From the IMG/VR virus record IMGVR_UViG_3300013121_000026, positions 32,001 to 96,000 of that record: a stretch of DNA of 64,000 nt, one strand, 5' to 3'. The DNA comes from a virus. Lineage: Duplodnaviria > Caudoviricetes. A model generated the notes under the pieces. The model saw only the letters and a program-made list of their open reading frames with translations. It was not told the DNA's origin and made no database searches. This document shows, one piece after another, positions 44,766-54,420 of this stretch. A program made the position numbers and the translations under genes. Each line of letters starts with the position of its first letter. Positions within the stretch are counted from its first letter, which is position 1.

Positions 44766-46011
44766 TTACGTCTCACCTGGAAAGGCTGCCCTAAGAAGTT
44801 TATCGATTAAGGGAGTCAATCTTTTACAATACACAAATTCAGTTAAGGTGTTTGAGTCAATCTGTAAACCTTATTTAACTGCACAAGTTGTTATTATTGA
44901 TAACAATAACCTAATGGATAATATGGATATCGTAGGTGGTGAACAATGCAATATTGCGTTCCACTCCCCACCCAATGAGTATGTTTATAATTGCACGCTG
45001 CAAATTTTAAACTTAAAGGGACGTCCTAATCCTAATAATTTAAAGTCTGTGATTTACACAATTGACCTAATTGGTCCTACATATTTTCAAGATAAGGCAA
45101 ACCTAGTTCAAAGTGGACATAAAGGGCAAACTGGAACGGATGCAATCCAACAAATCTGGGGCCAATACCTAGGCAAGGAACCTCTCTCTATTTTAATGGG
45201 AAGTATTGGAATGCTAGGAGACAAAGAAGGTTACACAGTTAATAGCATGAAACCACTGGCTGCTATTGATGATATTATGAAAACATTGTTGTTTGGTGGA
45301 TCAAAGACTGGAAATGTTATGCTATTTCGAGATAGAGATGGCGTAAAATTAGCTCCGTTGGAATTTTTGTTCATGGGAATGGGATCACAAGAAACTTTTA
45401 TTCAGAAGGAAACATGGGGAGCTAACTTTTTCGATCCAATGATTTACAATGCTATCATTTCTGCTCAGGCTCTTACTGATAGAAACAACGGAGGCAGAAG
45501 TTCCGTTGGTGAAATAGCAGGAGCCGTTAAGCAATCCAAGATGGTATTTGATATGTTTGAGGGCAAGATCGCCACGTATTTAAATGCAGCTCAACAGGTT
45601 GCTTCTGGTAATTTTGGTGGGTCCGTTCCAATTTCATCTATGATGCAGAGTATTTCACAAGGCGCATTAGGCGGTGCTCCTAATATTCAAAGCACAAATA
45701 GTTCGTTATGGCCTAGAGCAACTGCTCCTGATAATAAGACAATGGAAGAACGCTTGTTCTCAGCCCAATCAAGAGGCGGTCCACAAATTCAAATTAAAGT
45801 AGCAATGCAAACTGGGTTAAATGTTACGGTAGGCAAGGGTGCGACAATTAGATTAATGCCGCCATCGGGTGATTACCAATACAACATTTTTTCATATGAT
45901 TCTGGAGGACAATATTTGGTTACTGACTTGGTTCATGAATTAACTGCTGACGATAGTCAATTTAATGGTTTCACTACTATTCAAGGAATTAAAGGGGGTA
46001 TGACACCATGA
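44758..46011 (+). CDS. Putative baseplate hub protein (gp27-like)
   Basis: FESI.KP.LT...I.D.NNL...I.GGE; G.YLV..L.H; lies between gp53 and gp5. Confidence 0.55.
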   Translation: MSDYVSPGKAALRSLSIKGVNLLQYTNSVKVFESICKPYLTAQVVIIDNNNLMDNMDIVGGEQCNIAFHSPPNEYVYNCTLQILNLKGRPNPNNLKSVIYTIDLIGPTYFQDKANLVQSGHKGQTGTDAIQQIWGQYLGKEPLSILMGSIGMLGDKEGYTVNSMKPLAAIDDIMKTLLFGGSKTGNVMLFRDRDGVKLAPLEFLFMGMGSQETFIQKETWGANFFDPMIYNAIISAQALTDRNNGGRSSVGEIAGAVKQSKMVFDMFEGKIATYLNAAQQVASGNFGGSVPISSMMQSISQGALGGAPNIQSTNSSLWPRATAPDNKTMEERLFSAQSRGGPQIQIKVAMQTGLNVTVGKGATIRLMPPSGDYQYNIFSYDSGGQYLVTDLVHELTADDSQFNGFTTIQGIKGGMTP

Positions 46012-46802
46012 GTTATTTTAATACACTAGATCCTGGTTCCTGGATACCTTCGCTGGTTGTTGATACCAATGATCCTGAAAAGAAAGGCAGAGTAAAATTA
46101 AGACGACTAGATCAGGATGAAAAGAACATTCCCGATGACAAATTACCATGGGCATATATTAATGACGGCAAGCATGGAGTAACTGGTGGTGTCGGAACTT
46201 TTGGCGTGGGTACCTATAAAAAAGGTATGTGGGTTTATTCTACAATTGACACGTCTACCAACCAAATAACTGGCATTGCTGGAGTTCTAACATCTCCAGG
46301 GCAATCAAATGGATTTGTTACGCCTGCGGCATTAGGCAAGCATGAAAAGTTAAAAGAAAAACCAAATGATGGTCAATCAGATTTAAATAACCCAAAGGCT
46401 CCAACGCCAACGGAAACAGAAGATGACAACATTAAATATGCGATTACCAAGGCTAATGGCAAGGCAAAGTTTGCCGATAAGAAAACAATTGGCCCACAGG
46501 AGTTTGATCCATCTCAGGTAATTGACTACATCAAAAAATTCGATGGCGGAAATACTTCTGGCGCAGTTCAGCCAGCATTAGATATCATGAAAAAGTTGCT
46601 AAATAATCAGCAGGGAACCAATGGTCTTGAGGGCATCCTAGGATCGAACTTGTTTTCAATCCTTAATCAGATTATTAACATGATCAATAAGCAAACTAAG
46701 CAGCAGGATCCAAAGCCAGGTGATCCTTGTGTAATTAACGAGGAACCAGGCACATTACAGTACGTTAATAATGTTCTAACCTGTGTAAAGAATTCAAAAT
46801 GA
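46008..46802 (+). CDS. gp5-like N-terminal OB-fold protein
   Basis: VVD.NDP.K.GRVK.R...IPD..LPWA. Confidence 0.7.
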   Translation: MSYFNTLDPGSWIPSLVVDTNDPEKKGRVKLRRLDQDEKNIPDDKLPWAYINDGKHGVTGGVGTFGVGTYKKGMWVYSTIDTSTNQITGIAGVLTSPGQSNGFVTPAALGKHEKLKEKPNDGQSDLNNPKAPTPTETEDDNIKYAITKANGKAKFADKKTIGPQEFDPSQVIDYIKKFDGGNTSGAVQPALDIMKKLLNNQQGTNGLEGILGSNLFSILNQIINMINKQTKQQDPKPGDPCVINEEPGTLQYVNNVLTCVKNSK

Positions 46803-47533
46803 CAGAAGAACTATACAAACATCCAGATAGATTTCGTCAGGATCAAAACGATGATAAGTGGTGGAACAAAGACAAATACAATCCAGAGGTAATCGAAACG
46901 GTTTACTGGGATAAAAGCAAAGAGACTCGCGATCTATCGAAAAAATCTAGATATGAGAACACACATGGTTCAACTAGTGGCTATGAGATATTAAAAGATG
47001 GATCAACACTTAAACGAATAGTTGGCAATCAGTATGAATATTACAAAAAAGGCGTGACTACAACATATGATGGCAACGTTGACACCAAAGTTGGCGGGCA
47101 TTCTAGAATGAATGTTTCTGGTGGAATGCATACGGAAGTAGCTGGTGATAGAAGCGATTTTACTGCAAAATCATCAGCATCATATGTTGGCAAGAATTTT
47201 AATATGCAGGTTAAAGAATCAATGTCGATGGGTGCAGGCAAATCATTGGTTATTACATCAACCGGTGGTAACGGCAAGGCAAAGACTAGAATTTCACTAG
47301 CAGATGATGGCAAGATCCATATCAGCAGTGATAGTGGAGACATTACTCTAGAAAGCAAATCTCTGGCTTTAAAGGGCGAAAAGGTAAGCATTGCCGCTGG
47401 AGAATTAAATCTTGGATATGACAGTATTAAGATGAGTAATGCACCCGCTGGTGTAACAACTAGACAAGCGGAAAACAGTTTCCATCAGGGAATCAAAACA
47501 GCAGAAGTCCCAGCAACGAAGATGAGTACCTAA
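46799..47533 (+). CDS. gp5-like C-terminal beta-helix spike protein
   Basis: H...S.YEI..DG....IVG..Y, V.G repeats. Confidence 0.65.
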   Translation: MTEELYKHPDRFRQDQNDDKWWNKDKYNPEVIETVYWDKSKETRDLSKKSRYENTHGSTSGYEILKDGSTLKRIVGNQYEYYKKGVTTTYDGNVDTKVGGHSRMNVSGGMHTEVAGDRSDFTAKSSASYVGKNFNMQVKESMSMGAGKSLVITSTGGNGKAKTRISLADDGKIHISSDSGDITLESKSLALKGEKVSIAAGELNLGYDSIKMSNAPAGVTTRQAENSFHQGIKTAEVPATKMST

Positions 47534-47953
47534 ATGGCCAGAGCAGATAAATTCACAGTAAAAAACAAGCAAATTGAATACTATTCAGATTTCTCTACTA
47601 ACCTAGACTTGAATCCAGTAACCGGGCAGATTGTTAAGTTATCAAATGAAGAGGCAATAATTGCCTCGATTAAAAACATTGTGATGACCAATTTTAATGA
47701 GAGATTCTACAGTCCAGAAAAGGGTACTAATTTAATAGGAAGTCTGTTCGAATTGAACACGCCTGCGTATATAGATTCTGTTAGGGATAGAATTCAAATG
47801 TCTATTAAAAATTACGATCCTAGAGTTACTGTAGTGAATCTGGCTTTTCGTGAAGACGACGCACACAATTCTATTTTCTGCAAGCTGAGTTTTACCTTAA
47901 TAAATATACAGAAGACATTTGAAACTGATATTTTTCTGAAGAGGATTAGATAA
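47534..47953 (+). CDS. 25: Baseplate wedge gp25
   Basis: YSDF......P, AI..SIKNIV.T...ER...P..G, I.NYDPRV. Confidence 0.9.
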   Translation: MARADKFTVKNKQIEYYSDFSTNLDLNPVTGQIVKLSNEEAIIASIKNIVMTNFNERFYSPEKGTNLIGSLFELNTPAYIDSVRDRIQMSIKNYDPRVTVVNLAFREDDAHNSIFCKLSFTLINIQKTFETDIFLKRIR

Positions 47954-47958
47954 AACCA

Positions 47959-49767
47959 ATGGCCAATTCATCAATTAACTTTACCTCTTTGGATTTTAGT
48001 GATTACAAAAACGACCTAAAGACATATCTGAAATCACAGGATATCTTTAAGGATTACGATTTTGATGGTAGTAATATTAATGTCCTACTGGACATTTTGT
48101 CGTACAATACATTCAAGAATGCTTTCTTCTTGAACATGGCAATTTCCGAAGGGTATTTGGATTCTGCTCAATTAAAAAGTTCCGTATTGTCTCATGCCAA
48201 AGAATTAAATTATTTGCCAAGATCAGCCACGTCATCAAAGGCTAGAATTAAGGTTGATTTCCAGGCAACTGGTGAATCACAACCTTATATTGTTCAAAAG
48301 GGTCAGTCATTCTCTAGTATTATCAAAAACAAGTCGTATGAATTCAGCATTCCAGAAACAATGACTGTTTCATCATCTAATACGACGTTCTCTTTTGAGA
48401 CCGATATCTATGAAGGAATCTACGTAAAGGATACCTATTCTTTTAACTACTCAGAGAACAACAAACAACCGAAATTTAAGATCAGCAATGCGGATGTTGA
48501 TCTTCAGTCATTATCTGTAATTGTTTTTGAAGATGGCGCAACAGTAGGTGATACGTATAAGGTTGCTACCAGTTTGCTTGGATATGATCCATCCTCAAAG
48601 ATTTTCTTTGTTCAGACATCAGCAGTTGATGGCAGATATGAAGTATTGTTTGGAGATAATATTATTGGTAGACGCCCAAAGAACAATGCAGTAATTGTTC
48701 TTGATTATCGAGTGTCAAAAGGCCCTCTTTCAAATGGAGCCGGAAAGTTTAGTATTAACTTTAATCCTACTGGCGCTGATTCTGAGTTAACAGACAGTAT
48801 TGTTGTTACAACAGTCACAACCGCATATGGTGGTGATTATGCGGAAGATTTAGAAACCACTAGATTTTATGCTCCTAGATATTTTCAAACACAAGAAAGA
48901 GCAGTAACCAGCCGAGATTATGAGATATTGTTAAAAACTAAGTATCCAGAAATAAGTGCTGTTTATGCTTATGGTGGCGAACAATTAACTCCACCTCAGT
49001 TTGGTAAGGTATTTGTTGCAGTAAAATTAAGAGACATTGATGGCGTTCCGGATAGCAAGAAGAATATCTATTACAATTTTATCAAGAATAAATGTCCATT
49101 GACAATTATTCCTTCATTTGTTGAGGCTCAACAAACTTTTGTGCAGGTAGATTCAACAATAAGATACAATATCAATGTCACTAATGAAAGCCTAGAAAGA
49201 ATTAAGACATTGGTTCTAGCAGCCATCAATCAGTACAATACCGATGAACTGGATGATTTTAATGTAACGTTTAGATATAGTCCATTTATTGCAGTAATTG
49301 ATCAGGCGGATAGTAGCATTGTAAGTAACTTAACAAAAATAAGACTATACAAAAAGTTAGTGCCGGTTACTAGTGAAAGCAGAAACTATAGCTTTGGTTT
49401 TGGAGTCGAACTAGAAAACAATAGTGGTATTTTAGATGATAGTCACTCAATTACCGAAGTAAAAACAGTATCAAGCACAGGTTTTACTTATGGCGGTGAG
49501 TATGGACAGCTAGAAGATGATGGTGATGGCAATATTCGATTTGTAGTTAAACAAGAAAACAAGTTTGTGACTAAAGGGAATATTGGAACAGTTGATTACA
49601 CATCTGGACTAGTAAAACTGAACAATGTCATTGTTGATTCTTATGATGGTGACAATATTAAAATCTTTGTTACAACTAAAGACAATGATGTTCTAGTAAA
49701 ACTGAACACAATTTTAAGTGTTGAGATTGATCAGTGTAATTTAACGATTGAGCAAGTGTCAATTTAA
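47959..49767 (+). CDS. 6: Baseplate wedge gp6
   Basis: LDF...K..LK.YL..Q..FKDYDFDGS....LLD.L.YNT, Q.RAVT..DY, PPQFGKVF. Confidence 0.93.
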   Translation: MANSSINFTSLDFSDYKNDLKTYLKSQDIFKDYDFDGSNINVLLDILSYNTFKNAFFLNMAISEGYLDSAQLKSSVLSHAKELNYLPRSATSSKARIKVDFQATGESQPYIVQKGQSFSSIIKNKSYEFSIPETMTVSSSNTTFSFETDIYEGIYVKDTYSFNYSENNKQPKFKISNADVDLQSLSVIVFEDGATVGDTYKVATSLLGYDPSSKIFFVQTSAVDGRYEVLFGDNIIGRRPKNNAVIVLDYRVSKGPLSNGAGKFSINFNPTGADSELTDSIVVTTVTTAYGGDYAEDLETTRFYAPRYFQTQERAVTSRDYEILLKTKYPEISAVYAYGGEQLTPPQFGKVFVAVKLRDIDGVPDSKKNIYYNFIKNKCPLTIIPSFVEAQQTFVQVDSTIRYNINVTNESLERIKTLVLAAINQYNTDELDDFNVTFRYSPFIAVIDQADSSIVSNLTKIRLYKKLVPVTSESRNYSFGFGVELENNSGILDDSHSITEVKTVSSTGFTYGGEYGQLEDDGDGNIRFVVKQENKFVTKGNIGTVDYTSGLVKLNNVIVDSYDGDNIKIFVTTKDNDVLVKLNTILSVEIDQCNLTIEQVSI

Positions 49768-52205
49768 TGGCAGAAATTGTTTCCCATATCAGCAACTTTA
49801 TTGAGGATCAATTCCCTGAGTTCTATCAGGAAAATGGTCCAATGTTTATTGAGTTTGTTAAGACCTATTATCAATGGTTGGAAACAAACAATAATCCATT
49901 GGATTTATCTAGAAAATATTATGATAACAAGGAAATTGATTCTACATCAGATGATTTTATTGTTTACTTCAAAAACAAGTACCTAGTTGATATTAAATTT
50001 GACACTCAGGCGGATCTAAGAACATTAGTTAAACACAGTCTGGACATTTATCGTTCTAAGGGAACAGAGCAGGAATTAAAGCTCCTGTTTAACCTAGTAT
50101 TTGGTAAGGACATTGAAGTCTATTACCCTTCTAAGGATCTATTTGGAAGTAGTGATGGTGAATGGTATATCCCGACCTATCTTCAACTAAGCCTGTCTGG
50201 ATCTAACTTAAATTTTAATCATAAAGAAATTAAAGGATTTGAGTCTGGTGCTACAGCTTATGTTGAAAGCATTGTCAGAAAAAGATATGGGACAACACTA
50301 TGTGACGTAGCTTATATCAGTAATGTTCGTGGTGACTTTGTTGCAGGAGAAAAGATTTACCCAACTGATAATTCAATTGATGTTATTGAGTGTCCTTATT
50401 TTCTTGGATGCGTAAATGAAGTAACGCTGCCAACATCGGGCGTTGGTTCTGGATATGTTAATGGTGACATTATTGAAGTAATAGGAACGCATGGCGTAGG
50501 TGCTAAGGCTAAGGTGACATCTACGATGTCACAAAGCGGGTATGTTAACTTTGAACTTGAAGATGGTGGTTATGGATACACAATAAATTCGACGGTTTAC
50601 ATCAGTAATGCAATTTTAGGAATCAATAACACTAAACTAATTGATGGTAGCAAAACGGTTTATTCGACGTTTAAGGGCGACATTGTTCAACCAAAAGTTT
50701 ATCTTAACTATGAAGATGCTTCAGGAAGTTTAATAGCTGGAGCAAATGTCTATACTTATTATGGTAATAATGACTTGATGGGGCAGGGTGTTGTTCTTAG
50801 CAACAATCCGATAACTGCTAATACAGGAACATTGTTATGTTCAGAATTATCGGGTTCTCTAAACAATACGTTTCATACATATTCAAATGCAGTAATAGGC
50901 TCATTGACATTAGTTAATGGCTATTCAAACGCCTATGCAACTGGTGTCTTTATTGCAAATACTGCAAATACAGTAGTTAACATTTCTAGTGTTAGTGGCA
51001 GCTTTATTGAAAAAGAATGGTTTGTTCAGTCGTCTGGTAAAGGAAAAATTTCTACTGTCTATAACAATACTCTATACTTGGATGAAGTAGAGGGAATTAT
51101 CAAAGATGGTGATACTGGCTATGGTTCATTTACTGGTGCTTTTGCTACGGTAGATTCTACGCTAATTAAGATTGGATTAATTAATACAGATGGAACATTT
51201 TATTCTTCAAGTAATGGGTATGTTTACGGAGATAACTTTACTGGTGATGTCGTTACGGTTGATACTGTAGGATCAGGTGCTGGTTATTCAATCTCACCTA
51301 CTTTACTATACGAAGAAACTGTCTCACTAGCCAACAATGAAGGACTGCCACCATCTAGTACATTAATTAATGCAGCAGCTTATGGTTTTCCGGGTAATCC
51401 TACAGCAAATTTAACCAGCGGAACAATTGGAAGTTGCTTTGAGTATTTCAGTGCGAATGTTGGTAAGATCAAAGACATTATTATCACGGGTGTTGGATCG
51501 GATTATATTAATCCGCCAATGTATGTAGTGGATGAGCTAATGGTAAGTGATTTGGGCATTGACGATGTGATTCTTGAAGTAACTTACAACGGTCAAAATT
51601 TTGCTAATGGAGAATTGGTTACTCAGGGTGATGCTAGAGGAATCATTCAAAAGATATCAAACACCACAATCTATATTCAAAGAATGCGAGTTGAGGATAG
51701 TAAGAATTTCATAGTAACAAGCAATACAGCAACACTAATTACTGGTTATCGGTCTAGTGCAACTGCTAATGTTGTTACTGTTTCAAAAAATACTAATAAT
51801 CCAGTTCTAGGTAGAAATGCTAAGGTTCTTTCAGAAATCGTAGCTGGTAACGGAATAGCTAACGGAATAGCTATTATTGATAGTGGATTTAATTACATTC
51901 AAAGTGAAGCAGTATTAACAGCAGATGGTGAAGTGTTAGGAAACATTGTACTAAGTAAACAAGGAAAGAGTGAAGGATATTATAAGAAACTGGGAAGTGA
52001 ACCTAGCGGAGTCAAGAAATTATTTGATGGTGATTATTACCAAAACTATAGCTACGAGATTATCAGTGCAATTCTAATGGATAAATATGTTAATATGGTT
52101 AATCAGGTTGCTCACGTAGCAGGAACAAAAATGTTTGGTAAATTAAGTTGGAATAGCAATAATGATTGCACGGTATCTATTAGCACGGAAGTAACAACGG
52201 AATGA
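49767..52205 (+). CDS. Baseplate wedge initiator gp7-like
   Basis: QFPEF......F..F...YY.WLE, Y.SKGT......LF...FG, D..YYQ.YSY.I, H.AG.K.FG. Confidence 0.8.
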   Translation: MAEIVSHISNFIEDQFPEFYQENGPMFIEFVKTYYQWLETNNNPLDLSRKYYDNKEIDSTSDDFIVYFKNKYLVDIKFDTQADLRTLVKHSLDIYRSKGTEQELKLLFNLVFGKDIEVYYPSKDLFGSSDGEWYIPTYLQLSLSGSNLNFNHKEIKGFESGATAYVESIVRKRYGTTLCDVAYISNVRGDFVAGEKIYPTDNSIDVIECPYFLGCVNEVTLPTSGVGSGYVNGDIIEVIGTHGVGAKAKVTSTMSQSGYVNFELEDGGYGYTINSTVYISNAILGINNTKLIDGSKTVYSTFKGDIVQPKVYLNYEDASGSLIAGANVYTYYGNNDLMGQGVVLSNNPITANTGTLLCSELSGSLNNTFHTYSNAVIGSLTLVNGYSNAYATGVFIANTANTVVNISSVSGSFIEKEWFVQSSGKGKISTVYNNTLYLDEVEGIIKDGDTGYGSFTGAFATVDSTLIKIGLINTDGTFYSSSNGYVYGDNFTGDVVTVDTVGSGAGYSISPTLLYEETVSLANNEGLPPSSTLINAAAYGFPGNPTANLTSGTIGSCFEYFSANVGKIKDIIITGVGSDYINPPMYVVDELMVSDLGIDDVILEVTYNGQNFANGELVTQGDARGIIQKISNTTIYIQRMRVEDSKNFIVTSNTATLITGYRSSATANVVTVSKNTNNPVLGRNAKVLSEIVAGNGIANGIAIIDSGFNYIQSEAVLTADGEVLGNIVLSKQGKSEGYYKKLGSEPSGVKKLFDGDYYQNYSYEIISAILMDKYVNMVNQVAHVAGTKMFGKLSWNSNNDCTVSISTEVTTE

Positions 52206-54412
52206 CAAAATTATTAACTTCGTCTTTTAATTACAATACAGCAAAGAACTTTTTGGATAGTGAAGATACATATTATCTGTATGTCGGAAACTTTCAGGAA
52301 CAAAATTCTGTCTCTGAAATAGACAACATTGTTTATGATACCCAGGAATTTCCATGGACCAACATGATCATGGGCAAGAAGTGTAGTTCCAATGATTTTA
52401 GCCTAATGATTAATACAATATCATGGGTAGAAGATTACGCTTTTGAAATGTATGATGATACTAGTGTTGGAAATGACCCATTAGCAGTTGTTACGCACGA
52501 GGGATCCTATTATCACTTTTGGAAATGCCTGCATAACAATGATGATGCTAATAGCACTGTTCAACCATTGTTTACGGACATTACTGGACCAAATACTTCA
52601 TTGTATCAGACTAGTGATGGCTATATCTGGAAATATTTGTATTCGGTTGATGATACGACTACTAGCAAGTTTAAAAGCGGAACAATGTATCCGATTGTTG
52701 CTAACTCGTCTACGACATCAATTGCAAACAATCAGTTAAACATTTTTAAAGTAGAGAATCCCGGTAGAGGATATAACAATTACATTGTATCCACTCTAAA
52801 AACAGATGATATCAATGTTAATGGTGATAAGACGTTGTTTAAGCTATCATCATCGAATGCTAATACTAGCAATGGTTTCTATAACAACTGCATTATGTAC
52901 ATTACTTCGGGCGATGCTACAGGAACAATTAGAGAAATAACTAGTTATGTTAGCAATGGGTCAGGTAATTATTTCCAAGTTGACAATGAAATTCTAACAT
53001 CCCCTAATAATGGTGATAGTTTTGAAATCTACCCAAAGGTAGCTATTAAGAGTGACGAGATGCAGACAACAAATTGCATTGCTAGAGCACTAGTTAATAG
53101 TTTGTCAAGCAACAGCATTTACAGAATAGAAACGTTGCAGGACGGCATCGGATATAGATTTGCGACTGCTAATGTTATTGCTAACTCTATAGTTGGAGTT
53201 TCCAATACCGCAGAGGTGCGTCCAATAATGCCACCTAGAGGCGGACACGGGTATGATGTGTTCAATGAGTTAAATTGCCACAGTGTTTCCATTTCGGTTA
53301 CTTTAGCTAATTCAGAAAGTGATACGATCCTAACCAGCAATAAGTTTCAACAGTATGGTTTAATAAGAAATCCATTGTTTGATAATGTTGACTTGGTTCT
53401 GAAGCTTCCAAATAATTTTGATGATTATGAAAACGTTCATCGTATCTCAATAAATTTCATTAGCGGATATGGTGTTATTAACGTTGATAGTGACGTTGTT
53501 ACGATTAATAACAATGATTTAACAAGTGGCACAGTCAGCGTCAATGCAAGTTCTGCTAATGTTACGGGAACATCTACATATTTCACTCGTGATTATGTCG
53601 CGGATGACTACGTGATTCTAGCAGCAAACAGCACTAACGGCAGACAGATTCTTCAAATCAACAATATTGTTAATAATACTCACTTGGTTCTGAAGAGCAA
53701 TAGTTCATGGACAAATACAATTGCAACGATCAGCCCATACATTCAGCGACTCCCAAGTTTTACTGGTAAGGTTGCTGCGGATGATTACTTGCTGTTAACA
53801 ACTGCAAATTTTGAAAGCTGCCAGCTAATTCAAGTCAATAATGTAGTGAACAGTTCCTGCTTGGTTCTAAAATCAAACAGTGAATTAAGTGCAAATTCAA
53901 TTTATGTGTATAATGCTAATGTTGAGGGAACATCGTATATCATCTCATCTAATTCCTCAGCAATCAAAGTAACAAATTGTCAGCCAACAATGCTTCAGGA
54001 TAGTATTTTGTATGGGGAAACTAGCAAAACAATTAATGTTATTGATAGCATTTCACGTAATAATATCACAAAACAGTATGACACGTTTGTTCAATTGTAT
54101 AAATATACTGCAACGATAATTAATGGATCGTTCATAACAGGTGAAACAGTTACCCAAGGAAATACTTCGGGTGTTCTGCATAGCGTTGTTGGAAGCGGTT
54201 CGGTTGATATGTATTTTAATAATTTTAACGGCGGAATTTTTACAGAGGGAGCAATTATTGGAGTGAGAAGTGGTGCCACAGCAAATGTTACTAGTCTAAT
54301 GTGGCCGGAACTAATACATGATTCAGGTGAAATTGTTTATGTAGAAAATCTTGAACCAATAACCAGAACAAATACCGAATCGCAAACATTCAAAATTCTT
54401 ATTAATTTTTAG
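52202..54412 (+). CDS. Baseplate wedge gp8-like
   Basis: WKCL.N.....STV.P, DGY.WKYLY, P..GHG.....EL, SGEI.Y.EN..PI.R. Confidence 0.82.
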   Translation: MTKLLTSSFNYNTAKNFLDSEDTYYLYVGNFQEQNSVSEIDNIVYDTQEFPWTNMIMGKKCSSNDFSLMINTISWVEDYAFEMYDDTSVGNDPLAVVTHEGSYYHFWKCLHNNDDANSTVQPLFTDITGPNTSLYQTSDGYIWKYLYSVDDTTTSKFKSGTMYPIVANSSTTSIANNQLNIFKVENPGRGYNNYIVSTLKTDDINVNGDKTLFKLSSSNANTSNGFYNNCIMYITSGDATGTIREITSYVSNGSGNYFQVDNEILTSPNNGDSFEIYPKVAIKSDEMQTTNCIARALVNSLSSNSIYRIETLQDGIGYRFATANVIANSIVGVSNTAEVRPIMPPRGGHGYDVFNELNCHSVSISVTLANSESDTILTSNKFQQYGLIRNPLFDNVDLVLKLPNNFDDYENVHRISINFISGYGVINVDSDVVTINNNDLTSGTVSVNASSANVTGTSTYFTRDYVADDYVILAANSTNGRQILQINNIVNNTHLVLKSNSSWTNTIATISPYIQRLPSFTGKVAADDYLLLTTANFESCQLIQVNNVVNSSCLVLKSNSELSANSIYVYNANVEGTSYIISSNSSAIKVTNCQPTMLQDSILYGETSKTINVIDSISRNNITKQYDTFVQLYKYTATIINGSFITGETVTQGNTSGVLHSVVGSGSVDMYFNNFNGGIFTEGAIIGVRSGATANVTSLMWPELIHDSGEIVYVENLEPITRTNTESQTFKILINF

Positions 54413-54420
54413 GGTAAAAG

